A DNA stretch of 64,000 bases from Myxococcota bacterium (GTDB lineage Bacteria > Myxococcota_A > SURF-8), in assembly GCA_965140415.1 (NCBI GenBank), contig OZ223209.1, positions 3,072,001 to 3,136,000 on the forward strand. The letters are read 5' to 3'. Position 1 is the stretch's first letter, and every line of letters starts with the position of its first letter. A model generated the notes under the pieces. That model was not told the origin of the DNA, did not search any database, and saw nothing but the letters and a program-made list of their open reading frames with translations. The position numbers were made by a program, and so were the translations under genes. This document shows, one piece after another, positions 37,958 to 47,923 of this stretch.

Positions 37958-40543
37958 CTAGCGATGAATGAATGTCAAGCTCGCGCGGACTCGCACCGTT
38001 TTCTTCGTTTTGAAATTCGAAAGTTTCAGGTAGCTCAGCATCTCCGTGATTTCGCGTTCGAGAGAGGGCAGCAGCAGGCTGCTTTTCTCGATGGAAACCG
38101 AGACTACGTGCCCGTTCTGGTCGATTTGCAGGCTCAGTCGAATTTCACCTGAAAGCGATGGATTGCTGGCGCGCTTTTTCATGTACAGGGATTTCATTTT
38201 CGGCAACAGTTTTTTCAGCGCATGCTGAATGATATTCTGCTGATCCTTTGAAATCGCATCGACGATAACCAGCGTACCGAGACGGACATAGGATGTCGGT
38301 GCAGAGGCTTTCTTTTCTGTCTTGGTCGCCTCCAGCAATGGTTCGGCTTCCTCTTCTGCCATGACTTTGTCCAGGCATGGTGCGGATTTGCTTTTGGCCA
38401 TGCCGCCGCCGCCTCGTCCATACCCACGGATGGACAATCCTCCGCTTCCATATGAAGATGCCCTGCTTTGTGCCAACGCACCCAATGTACCGACAGCCAT
38501 ATTCGAAACACCTTGCGGCAATGGCAGCGGTTGCTTGACCGTAGTGGATTCTCCCGAACCGCGAATTTCAGAGTCGATGGCGACAAATGAGGTGTAGTCT
38601 GTCAGCAGGCTGTATTTTAACCCCAGATCGGTCACTTCCTGAATGCGGGAATTGTCGCCGGTCAGTTTTTGCATGTCCGACAGTCGCGAGATCTTGTGTC
38701 GCGCCCACAGGTATTTCAGTGCGCGATTGTTGCTCGACTGATCCGCCGACTGCATGTTCATCGTTTTGGTGAAGCGCGCACGCGGAGTAAGCCCGGTCAC
38801 TTCGATTTCGCCTGTGGCGTCCCCCTTGTACTTGCCGAACAGAATCAACGGGCGCTTGGCGAACAGATCCGGCAGGGCGACCGGCTCGACGTCGTACACA
38901 TCGGCCCCGTGAAAGGAAACCTCGATATCGGTCAGTACCGGGCTTTGAATGTACTCTCTGAAACGATCTGCCGTTTTTTCCGCCTCCTGCGGATCGAGGA
39001 TCACGAAAGGCTCGCCCAATCCCGCACGCGCCATGCCTTCGATCAGAAAGCGGTTGACGCTCGATCCAATCCCGAAGGGGAACAGGTTGGCATCGGAAAG
39101 GCTGGAAGAAATCAGTTCGAAAGCTTCTTTCTCAACAGCGATATAGCCATCGGTTGCAATCACCACCGTTCTGGAAACGCCTTCCGCTTTAGGCAATGAC
39201 AGGGCACGCTTCAGGGCCGGTAGCAATTCCGTGCCGCCGCCGCCATGCTGATGGTCGATCAATCGGATCGCTTTCTGAATATTCGACTTGTTGGCTACCA
39301 GCGGTTTGGGGGAAAGAACCGAGTTTCCACCGGCGAAGAGCAACACGTTGAAGAAATCGTTGGAACGCAGGTTGGAAAGCAGGTCGCGCATCAACTTTTT
39401 ACTGATTTCCAGTGGGAATCCGTTCATGGAGCCGGATACATCCACGATGAACACGTACTCTCTGGGAGTGATTTCGGTCTCTTTAACCCGCTTGGGAGGC
39501 TCCATCATCATCAGGAAGAAATTTTCTTCTTCTCCGGGATAGAGCAGCACACCGCTTTGGATCTGTTTGCCCTGCAAGCGGTAATCCAATACGAAATCCC
39601 GGTTGCCGTTTTCGGCTTTTTCATCCAGTTCGATTTCCACGCTTTTCTCGTCCGGGTAATCTACCCAGATATCGTGGCTGCGACTTACGATTTCGGAAAC
39701 CGGAATGCCGCCATGCAGCGTTGCATGCAATCCGAAAGTGAAAGGAGCGTTTTCGCCTTTATGCAGGTATGGATTTTTGACCCAGGCCTGTCGATCATCG
39801 GCGGAGGACTCAGATTGATTGGAATAGCGTGGACCGACCACGGTCGGGTATACGAATTCATAAATGCCATCTTCCGGGGCCAATAATTCCGTGTAAAGGA
39901 GTTCGACCTTGATCTCATCGCCGGGAAGGATGTTGGCGACATTCATCTGGAAAACGTTGGGACGTTGCTGTTCCAATAAGGAAGCGGTGCGTCCATCCGC
40001 CTTGGCCTGTTCGTAATCGGCGCGTGCCTGTTCGCGTTCTTTGATCTGAGCTTCAATCACACGCTCGCCGATCGTCATTTTCATGGCGTGAACGGCTGCC
40101 TTTGTGGATGCTGGAAAAATGTAAATCGCTTCCAATGTCTGCCGCCCGACATTTTTATATAGCTGGGTGACTTTGACACTGGCGATTACGCCGCTGATGT
40201 CGATGTCGGCTCGTGTCATCTTCAATGGCAGAGCATCCACTTCATCGCTTTCACTCTGCACGAAGAAATATGGAGAAAGTGTCTTGTCCTTCTGTAAGTT
40301 GTTCTCGGTTTCCGGTAGCGATTTCGGATCGGCCTTGACGAGCGTACGTGATGACGTACTCATATTTGAATTCTTCATTTCAACTTCGCAACCGGAACAA
40401 TTGGCAGGCGCAGGACGTTCGGCCTGTGCCTCGCCAAAATAAAGCCAGACGGAAATGCAGGCCACCACGCTGACAAGAAAGAGGGCGACCAGGGCGGCCA
40501 CATCGGCATCCACTGAATAACGGTTTCTGATTTTCGTTTTCAT
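37958..40543 (-). CDS. VIT + vWA domain protein with C-terminal AgmX/PglI (TonB-C-like) domain
   Basis: VIT (ASVKVTQ.Y.N...EAIYIFP...ASLLEQQRPNVF); MIDAS DVSGSM; GGGTE; TDG; FGIGSSVN; C-terminal NPSLSGEI. Confidence 0.85.
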   Translation of the reverse strand: MKTKIRNRYSVDADVAALVALFLVSVVACISVWLYFGEAQAERPAPANCSGCEVEMKNSNMSTSSRTLVKADPKSLPETENNLQKDKTLSPYFFVQSESDEVDALPLKMTRADIDISGVIASVKVTQLYKNVGRQTLEAIYIFPASTKAAVHAMKMTIGERVIEAQIKEREQARADYEQAKADGRTASLLEQQRPNVFQMNVANILPGDEIKVELLYTELLAPEDGIYEFVYPTVVGPRYSNQSESSADDRQAWVKNPYLHKGENAPFTFGLHATLHGGIPVSEIVSRSHDIWVDYPDEKSVEIELDEKAENGNRDFVLDYRLQGKQIQSGVLLYPGEEENFFLMMMEPPKRVKETEITPREYVFIVDVSGSMNGFPLEISKKLMRDLLSNLRSNDFFNVLLFAGGNSVLSPKPLVANKSNIQKAIRLIDHQHGGGGTELLPALKRALSLPKAEGVSRTVVIATDGYIAVEKEAFELISSSLSDANLFPFGIGSSVNRFLIEGMARAGLGEPFVILDPQEAEKTADRFREYIQSPVLTDIEVSFHGADVYDVEPVALPDLFAKRPLILFGKYKGDATGEIEVTGLTPRARFTKTMNMQSADQSSNNRALKYLWARHKISRLSDMQKLTGDNSRIQEVTDLGLKYSLLTDYTSFVAIDSEIRGSGESTTVKQPLPLPQGVSNMAVGTLGALAQSRASSYGSGGLSIRGYGRGGGGMAKSKSAPCLDKVMAEEEAEPLLEATKTEKKASAPTSYVRLGTLVIVDAISKDQQNIIQHALKKLLPKMKSLYMKKRASNPSLSGEIRLSLQIDQNGHVVSVSIEKSSLLLPSLEREITEMLSYLKLSNFKTKKTVRVRASLTFIHR

Positions 40544-40806
40544 GAGATCCTCCTCTCTGGGGTTGTTCGGATCATTTCTTGCCATATTCTACAATCGGTG
40601 CTATAGTATTGCCTGATTGTTCCTGAACGAACGGGTCTTCATGCTGGAACAATGAAATGGCAAGGATCCGATAAAAACTGAAAAACACTTGATGTATCTC
40701 AAAGAACGGGTACAACTCATGGGTCATGCAAGAAATTAAAACTGTTTATTCGTGCAGTTTCTTGCTTAAGAAACAGGTTAATTTTCAACGATCACAATTT
40801 TAAGAT

Positions 40807-40820
40807 TGCACGTACGTGCA
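40807..40820. promoter_or_regulatory. Perfect 14-bp palindrome TGCACGTACGTGCA, putative operator
   Basis: Lies 25 bp upstream of the XRE gene ATG (40846). Confidence 0.4.
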
Positions 40821-40845
40821 TCTTTGTCAACAGGAAAATGCAATA

Positions 40846-41373
40846 ATGGACACTTTTTCGGATCGAATCGAGCAGGTCAGGCAAGCGTTAGGTCTGAAGG
40901 CCAATGCATTTGCTGAACAATTGGACGTTCCATACCGGACCTACATGAACTATAAAACCGGTCGAACGCCCCCTGTGGAACTGCTTCCCAAACTGGTCGA
41001 GTTGTATGACGTCAATCCTTCATGGCTTATGACTGGTAAGGGTGATATCTTTAATTCGCCTGATAATACCGATCAATCGGAGAGCGACGATTCGGATGAA
41101 ATGGATGAGGACGAGAACGATTTCGAATCGCCGTCGCAACGTTCCTATGATGGCGATGATGATCCGGATACTGGTGACGAAAGTGCAATAATGGGCAATT
41201 ATTTGTCTGGGCTGTCCGATTCTGCAGAATCTCCTGAGCAACTTCACCTGAAACTGATGAACCACCTGGTCGATCTGCACGCCGAAAACCGAATGCTGCG
41301 GCAGCGTGTGGAGGAATTGGAGGTCAAACTGTTTCGAGAACGCAAACGCAGTCGCCGCGCACGCCGTCAATAA
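40846..41373 (+). CDS. XRE/Cro-CI family HTH transcriptional regulator with acidic linker and C-terminal coiled coil
   Basis: RIEQVR..LGL....FAEQL.V...TY..Y..GR.P......VNP.WLMTG.G. Confidence 0.8.
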   Translation: MDTFSDRIEQVRQALGLKANAFAEQLDVPYRTYMNYKTGRTPPVELLPKLVELYDVNPSWLMTGKGDIFNSPDNTDQSESDDSDEMDEDENDFESPSQRSYDGDDDPDTGDESAIMGNYLSGLSDSAESPEQLHLKLMNHLVDLHAENRMLRQRVEELEVKLFRERKRSRRARRQ

Positions 41374-41557
41374 TTCTTCAATGACGAATTTCCGGTAATT
41401 CTATCGGGATTTTGGCTAGACAACCCCCGATTTCTTCCCATAATGGTTAATGGCCTTCCATTTTTCCACTGGTGGACTCTGTCACTGGTTTGAAATGTGA
41501 AGTCCAATTGGATCGTATTGTCCAGTCACCTAACGCAAAGCTAACGAGGTCTGATTC

Positions 41558-44500
41558 ATGAAGCCGGGACTGCTACTTTATACTCTAGTTCTATTGGTTT
41601 CGTTTATGCTGTTACCAGCCGGATGCGGTTCTTCGGACAGTAACGAAAACGATGATCAAAGCTGTTTGGATTATTCCTGTGGAGAGCATGGCCGTTGCGT
41701 TGTTTCAACCGATGGCCCCGCCTGTGTGTGTGATGCAGGCTATACGGGAGACGATTGCGACAGTTGCGCCGCAGGTTACGAACGCAGCGGTGGAGATTGC
41801 TTGAAAAGCGATCCATGTGCGGAGGATCCCTGTCGGCACGGCGTCTGTATGGTTGTAAATGGAGAAGCAAGCTGTTCCTGTCATGCCGGATACGCAGGAG
41901 CGTTATGCGATCGCTGCGATCTTGGATATGTGGCAGTCGGTTTGGAATGCCTGCCGGAGTCGATCTGTTCGTCTGAAAGCTGCGTACACGGTGCCTGCAT
42001 GTATGAAGATGGAGAAGCGGTTTGTGCTTGCGATACCGGTTATACGGGAGACCATTGCGATGAGTGTGCGGCAGGGTACGTTCAGGATGGAGACCGCTGC
42101 GTGCCCGGCGAGGAAGATGACATCTGCGATCCCAATCCCTGTAACGAAAACAACCGCACGATCTGTGTCGAAGACGAAGAGGAACTGTATCGTTGCGAGT
42201 GCGATCCGGGTTACATGTTGCAAGATGATCAATGCGTCCTGCAAGGCGGGCCATGTACGCCCAATCCCTGCGAAGAAGAGCATCGCACACGCTGTGTAAC
42301 CGATGGGGAGAATTACACCTGTGAATGCGACAACGGCTATTACGATGACGGCGGAACATGCGTCCAGAGCAGCGGTCCCTGCCAGCCGAATCCCTGCACC
42401 GAAGCCTATCGATCGGTTTGTCAGGAAAGCGGTGAGGACGCTTACGTCTGCTTGTGTGATCCCGGTTACACGGAGGAGCAGGGCGTTTGCGTCGAAAATT
42501 CCGCCTGTTCACCCAATCCATGCACAATCGTTCATCAAACCGTCTGTGTTGAAATCACCGAGGGGTATCGCTGCGACTGCGATACCGGCTACCATGAAGA
42601 AAATGGGGGATGTGTTCTCGACAGCGTGTGCAGTCCCAATCCATGCGACGAAGCAAATCGGAGCCGCTGCTTGGAGCAGGGAGATAGCTACGAATGCCTG
42701 TGCGATCCGGGGTATCACCTGGAATCCGAATCTTGTGTTTTAGATGAGACTTGTGATGCTGCTACAACCTGTTCCGGTCATGGACAATGTGCAGGAAGCG
42801 GGCTGGACTGCATCTGTGATGAGGAATACGCGGGTTCTCATTGTGAAGACTGTGCCGAAGGCTATCATGAAACGGCGACATTCGATTGCGTCGCCGATAC
42901 GCCTTGCGATCCGAATCCCTGCACAACCGTTAACAAGACGGAATGCGTTGCACAGGGCGATTCCTTCACATGCGAATGCGATGAAGGCTATCAGGATGAA
43001 AACGACGATGGCTCCTGTCTGCCGGATTGCAGCACCGCCTCGATCAATTGCGGAGATTTCGGACATTGCGAAATCGTAGCAGGGCAGGCGAATTGCGTAT
43101 GCAACGAAGGCTATCTTGGACCGCTGTGCGATATGCGCAGTTGCGGCACGGTAGTGGAATACGATCCCGGCTCGCAAACGATCAATCATCTGTTTATTCG
43201 TGGAGAGTTTAACGGATGGGGAGAAGGCGATGAACTTGAAAAGGAAGAAGACGGAATCTACCGCATCACGCTGACGCTGACTCCCGGCGATTACGCCTAC
43301 AAGCTGTTCAACCAAGACAGCAACACCTGGTTCGAAGATCCGGGTAATCCCTTTACTAAGTACGTTAATGGCCAGCGCAATTCCCGCCTGCGTGTTTCGG
43401 ACTGTGATGAACCGCAATTGGTTCTTTTAGAGTCTCCCGAGGTTTCAGGAAACGACATCTCATTCGATGTGGCGATCATTCGTGGAAACGCAGGCTCCGC
43501 CATCGATTCTGATTTACTTGTCGCCACACGCAACGGGCAAACGCTTGCCAGCATGTACGATGCGGAAAATCGACGTTTCACGATTCGCGACACGAACCTG
43601 TCTCCCAACAAGTACGCCTATCAGTTCCGTGTGACGGATGAAAGCGGGAAGTCGTCGAACAAGTTGTTCGTGCCGGTCTGGGTTGAAGAGCAACAATTCG
43701 ATTGGAAAGACGGCGTCATGTACTTCGTCATGACTGACCGCTTCAACGATGGCGATTCCTCCAACAACGCATTAGCTCCCAATGTGGATTTCCGTGCCAA
43801 CTGGCAGGGCGGCGATTTCGCCGGAGTCTCGGATAAAATCCAGAGCGGCTATTTCGACGATCTGGGCGTGAACGTGATCTGGATTTCTTCGATCAGCATG
43901 AATACACAGGGATCGGGGATGGGCGTTTCAGACGGTAAAAACTATTCCGGCTATCATTCCTATTGGCCGGTTTCCACCGGATGGACGGAAGAAGAACCCC
44001 TTTCGGGTGTCGAAGCGGTCGATCCGCACTTCGGTGATCTTCAGGAATTCAAGGATCTGGTGGAAGAAGCGCATCTGCATGGTATTCGCGTGATTGTCGA
44101 TTTCGTCGCCAATCATTTCCACGAATCTCATCCGCTCTATCAGCAACATAAAAACGACGGCTGGTTCCATACGCCGCAGTATGTGTGCGGCTGGGATCGT
44201 CCCATCGAATGCTGGTTCACCGGTTACTTACCCGATTTGGAATACAAGAACCTGGATGTTCTGGACCGCATGACCGACCACGCCGTCTGGTTGGTTCAGG
44301 AAACCAACATAGACGGTTTCAGGCTGGACGCCGTAAAGCACATGATCCACGATTTCGGCTGGACTTTGCGTGCGCGCATCGATGAAGAGGTCGATACAAC
44401 GGAGGATATCCGCTTTTACATGGTCGGCGAAACCTTCGTCGGCGCAGACGAAGCCAGCACGATTCTCGCCTATATCGGCGAGGACGAACTGGACGGCCAA

Positions 44501-45193
44501 TTCGATTTTCCGATCTACTGGCGCGTTTTGTGGACTTTCTTGAAGGAAAGCAGCGACTTCAACTCCTTAAACGGTTTCATGAATATCAATGACAGCTACT
44601 ATCCAGATTACGCGGTCATGAGTAACTTCATGGGCAACCACGATGTCGCCCGCGCCATCAGCGAAGCGAATTTCGAAAACGTGGGTGATCCCTGGGGCTA
44701 TCAACCCGGTGTGCCATCGAATGTGGATGTGTTCAAGAAAATGCGTTTGGCCTGGTCCTATCTGCTGACCATCCCCGGCATCCCCTTGATTTACTACGGA
44801 GACGAAATCGGTCTTCCGGGAGCCAGCGACCCGGATAACCGTCGCATGATGATCTTCGGAAACGAGCTTTCGACGGATCAGAACAACACCCTGCAACACG
44901 TGCGGGCCTTGGGACAGATTCGACGCAATCACCCGGCTTTGTCGCGCGGTACACGTACCACGTTGAGCATCGATGCTGATTTCTGGGTGTATGCGCTGGT
45001 TGAAGGCAGTGACAAGGTGGTGGTGGTATTGAATCGAAACGGCTCGGCGCAGTCTCGTAGTGTCAATCTGTCTTCCATAGGCATCACATCAGGCACGCTC
45101 ACAGACGAATTAAACGGCGGTAGCGTTTCGGTTTCCGGGGGTAGCATAACGGTCAATGCACCCGCTAAAAGCGCCCTGATCTTCGCTCAGTAA
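41558..45193 (+). CDS. EGF-repeat lipoprotein with CBM48-like domain and GH13 alpha-amylase
   Basis: Lipobox PAGC; ~11 EGF-like modules; RGEFNGW (CBM48-like); TDRF.DGD; GGDF.G; DFVANH; DGFRLDAVKH; VGE; GNHD; YYGDEIG..G..DPDNRR. Confidence 0.88.
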   Translation: MKPGLLLYTLVLLVSFMLLPAGCGSSDSNENDDQSCLDYSCGEHGRCVVSTDGPACVCDAGYTGDDCDSCAAGYERSGGDCLKSDPCAEDPCRHGVCMVVNGEASCSCHAGYAGALCDRCDLGYVAVGLECLPESICSSESCVHGACMYEDGEAVCACDTGYTGDHCDECAAGYVQDGDRCVPGEEDDICDPNPCNENNRTICVEDEEELYRCECDPGYMLQDDQCVLQGGPCTPNPCEEEHRTRCVTDGENYTCECDNGYYDDGGTCVQSSGPCQPNPCTEAYRSVCQESGEDAYVCLCDPGYTEEQGVCVENSACSPNPCTIVHQTVCVEITEGYRCDCDTGYHEENGGCVLDSVCSPNPCDEANRSRCLEQGDSYECLCDPGYHLESESCVLDETCDAATTCSGHGQCAGSGLDCICDEEYAGSHCEDCAEGYHETATFDCVADTPCDPNPCTTVNKTECVAQGDSFTCECDEGYQDENDDGSCLPDCSTASINCGDFGHCEIVAGQANCVCNEGYLGPLCDMRSCGTVVEYDPGSQTINHLFIRGEFNGWGEGDELEKEEDGIYRITLTLTPGDYAYKLFNQDSNTWFEDPGNPFTKYVNGQRNSRLRVSDCDEPQLVLLESPEVSGNDISFDVAIIRGNAGSAIDSDLLVATRNGQTLASMYDAENRRFTIRDTNLSPNKYAYQFRVTDESGKSSNKLFVPVWVEEQQFDWKDGVMYFVMTDRFNDGDSSNNALAPNVDFRANWQGGDFAGVSDKIQSGYFDDLGVNVIWISSISMNTQGSGMGVSDGKNYSGYHSYWPVSTGWTEEEPLSGVEAVDPHFGDLQEFKDLVEEAHLHGIRVIVDFVANHFHESHPLYQQHKNDGWFHTPQYVCGWDRPIECWFTGYLPDLEYKNLDVLDRMTDHAVWLVQETNIDGFRLDAVKHMIHDFGWTLRARIDEEVDTTEDIRFYMVGETFVGADEASTILAYIGEDELDGQFDFPIYWRVLWTFLKESSDFNSLNGFMNINDSYYPDYAVMSNFMGNHDVARAISEANFENVGDPWGYQPGVPSNVDVFKKMRLAWSYLLTIPGIPLIYYGDEIGLPGASDPDNRRMMIFGNELSTDQNNTLQHVRALGQIRRNHPALSRGTRTTLSIDADFWVYALVEGSDKVVVVLNRNGSAQSRSVNLSSIGITSGTLTDELNGGSVSVSGGSITVNAPAKSALIFAQ

Positions 45194-45205
45194 AGAAGGA
45201 CTCTC

Positions 45206-47920
45206 ATGATTCGCCAAACGAGAAATATGCCGATCTTCTGGCTGTTTGCCCTTTCACTATTCCTTTTACCTGCATGCTCGAATGACGAGGATACGAATCC
45301 CTGTTCCGATATCGACTGTTCCGGGTATGGGGTCTGTGTCGTTCAAGGAGAGGATTATTCCTGTACTTGCGACGGCGGCTACACCGGAAAGGACTGCGAC
45401 CAATGCGCCGCCGACTTCGTGCGCCAGGGCGATGCCTGCGTACCCGATTACGGTGGAGACAATCCCATCATCCCGCCGAGTGATTATGATTACACTTCAG
45501 ATGGCGATCAGAACCCGGATGGTGACCAGCTTCCCGATGGAGACAACACAATCGATGGCGACTCCATTTCGGATGGAGATTCCGTTGTAGATGGTGATGT
45601 GCCTGTCGATGGTGACACGATAGTTGACGGCGATCTTGAAACCGACGGTGACTCGATCACGGATGGGGACAATCCTATTGACGGCGATAGTGTCTTAGAT
45701 GGCGACATGGAGTTGGATGATGCTCCGGATGGCGATATGGTCGAAGATGTAGATTCGCTGGAAGAGGATGTCGATTCCGTAGCCGATAAATGCAGGCCCA
45801 ACCCCTGCTCGGAATACCATCGCACGGTATGCGTCGAAAATCGTCAGGATGGATACTCCTGCGAATGCGACAGCGGCTATCGGTTGGAGCAAGGGCTTTG
45901 CCTGCCGGATTGCACCGTAGATGCGACGCTCTGTCAGGCGGCTTCGGACACCTCGCCTTTACTGGTGAGCGCCAATGGCTTCAGTGCCATCGGATGGAAC
46001 AAGGCTGAACGAAAAGCCGATACGTTCCTGGAGCATATCTATCGCAACTGGGATGAAAACGTATGGACTCGCGATTTGTTATACGATTCCTACTTTGGCC
46101 TGCGATATGGCGATCAGGCGACATGGCTGAACAGCGTTGCACCGGATTATTGGGGCTATGTGCAGGAAAGCGGCATCATTCACATCATCAGAACGGTTGG
46201 TGATTTCAAAGTGGAGTCCTTTTACTTTTCTCCCTGGTCTGTGGCGCGACCGGCTATGACCATGGTGTTGAAGATTACGAGCCTGGCCACTACCACCCAA
46301 TCTGTTTCTGCTTACAGCCTGCATAATTATCATCTGGGTTATATCAGCACGATCGATCCGGTGAATCCCGATGCATTGAATGAAACCATGACATACGACG
46401 TAAATAGCGGAGCGTATTTCGAAAATGGAATAGGGGGAGCGCTGGTCCATCTGCCGTTATCAGGCAGCGATCATCATGCCTGCACGCCGGACAATCCCTA
46501 TCAAGCCCTATTGAACGGACAGGATCTGGCCGACACTGCGTCCAGCGGGCTTGGAAGTGACCGTGTCGCCGGATTCCAGAAGAATTTCACGATAGCCCCT
46601 GGTGAAAGTGCGATTTTCAGTGTGGCTACCGCATTCGATGCTTCTGGTGATTCCGCAGCCGCGTTACAGGATCTTCAAATCGCTTATAGCGGCCATTGTT
46701 GTCAGCAGGCGCTCGATGCCGAACTGGAAGCCTGGGAAAACTGGCGAAAGCCGATCCCCGAAGGCATGAATCTTTCGCCGGAAGAGGAGATGGTCTACCG
46801 ACAGTCGGAAGCGGTGTTGCGCATGGGTCAGGTGAGGGAAACCTCGGATCTTTCTTTCGGTCAGATTCTGGCTTCGATGCCTCCCGGTAACTGGAATATC
46901 TGCTGGATGCGCGATATGACCTATGCCATCATTGCTCTGGTGCAAATGGGACATTGGCAAGAGGCACGCGATGCGCTGGCTTTCGTCCTGAATGCGGATT
47001 CCGGCTACTATCAGGATTACAGCGGTACGCCATACCAGGTGACGATCACACGCTATTTCGGACGTGGAAAAGAGGAAACCGACTCCAACGAAAACGGTCC
47101 GAATATCGAATATGACGGCTTCGGCTTGTTCCTTTGGGCTTTGGCCGAATACCTGGAAGCCTCCGGCGATACGGAACTGTTAACGCAGCACTGGACGACG
47201 ATTCGGGATGAAATTGCCGGTGCACTACTTGCGCTGTTGCAGCCTAACGGCATGATTGCAGCGGATTCCTCCATCTGGGAGGTTCACTGGAACGGACAGC
47301 AGAAACAGTATAGTTATACATCGCTAACCGCAGCAAACGGCTTATGTCGCCTTGCTCCATTGGTCCGAACGGCGGGCTATACAAGCGAAGCCGACAGCTA
47401 CGAGCAGGCCGCGGCGACGTTGCGACAGGGCATTCGCTTGGAATGCATCGATAATGACAACGTACTGGCCAGTTCCATCGAGGAATTGGAATCCGGCTCC
47501 GGCTATTATGACGTCGCCACGGTAGAGGCGTTCAACTGGCCGGTGTTCAATCCGACTGGTGACATCGCCTCGGCGACATTCAACATGTACGATCAGCACC
47601 TGAAAATTTCCAGCGGTCGCGGCTATTTCAGAAACGACGATGGTGGCTGGTACGATTCGCAGGAATGGGTGTTCGTCGATTTGCGCGCCTCTCGGGCATT
47701 GCGACGGGCGGGTCAAACCGAACGTGCCGATGATCTGCTGAATTGGATCACCGCACAGGGAATGCACAATCAGGGTATGATTTCCGAACTGCACGAGCCT
47801 TCCAACGGTACCTATGAAGGTGAATACCCCATGGTGGGATTCGGGGCAGGCGCTTATATTTTGGCCCTGTTCGAGCGTGCTTTCCCATCGGATGTCGCAT
47901 CCGCTTGCGGTCAATGGTAG
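45206..47920 (+). CDS. EGF/DGD-repeat lipoprotein with GH15 glucoamylase domain
   Basis: Lipobox LPAC followed by SNDED; 2 EGF modules; DGD repeats; CWMRD; SSIWEVH; ISE. Confidence 0.8.
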   Translation: MIRQTRNMPIFWLFALSLFLLPACSNDEDTNPCSDIDCSGYGVCVVQGEDYSCTCDGGYTGKDCDQCAADFVRQGDACVPDYGGDNPIIPPSDYDYTSDGDQNPDGDQLPDGDNTIDGDSISDGDSVVDGDVPVDGDTIVDGDLETDGDSITDGDNPIDGDSVLDGDMELDDAPDGDMVEDVDSLEEDVDSVADKCRPNPCSEYHRTVCVENRQDGYSCECDSGYRLEQGLCLPDCTVDATLCQAASDTSPLLVSANGFSAIGWNKAERKADTFLEHIYRNWDENVWTRDLLYDSYFGLRYGDQATWLNSVAPDYWGYVQESGIIHIIRTVGDFKVESFYFSPWSVARPAMTMVLKITSLATTTQSVSAYSLHNYHLGYISTIDPVNPDALNETMTYDVNSGAYFENGIGGALVHLPLSGSDHHACTPDNPYQALLNGQDLADTASSGLGSDRVAGFQKNFTIAPGESAIFSVATAFDASGDSAAALQDLQIAYSGHCCQQALDAELEAWENWRKPIPEGMNLSPEEEMVYRQSEAVLRMGQVRETSDLSFGQILASMPPGNWNICWMRDMTYAIIALVQMGHWQEARDALAFVLNADSGYYQDYSGTPYQVTITRYFGRGKEETDSNENGPNIEYDGFGLFLWALAEYLEASGDTELLTQHWTTIRDEIAGALLALLQPNGMIAADSSIWEVHWNGQQKQYSYTSLTAANGLCRLAPLVRTAGYTSEADSYEQAAATLRQGIRLECIDNDNVLASSIEELESGSGYYDVATVEAFNWPVFNPTGDIASATFNMYDQHLKISSGRGYFRNDDGGWYDSQEWVFVDLRASRALRRAGQTERADDLLNWITAQGMHNQGMISELHEPSNGTYEGEYPMVGFGAGAYILALFERAFPSDVASACGQW
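45500..45740 (+). repeat. In-frame 18-bp tandem repeats encoding (DGDxxx)n
   Basis: DGDQNPDGDQLPDGDNTIDGDSISDGDSVVDGDVPVDGDTIV... Confidence 0.75.
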
Positions 47921-47923
47921 CTC

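Noticed and set aside
40846-41373. Prophage remnant suggested by the CI-like HTH
   Set aside because: No integrase, structural or replication phage genes nearby
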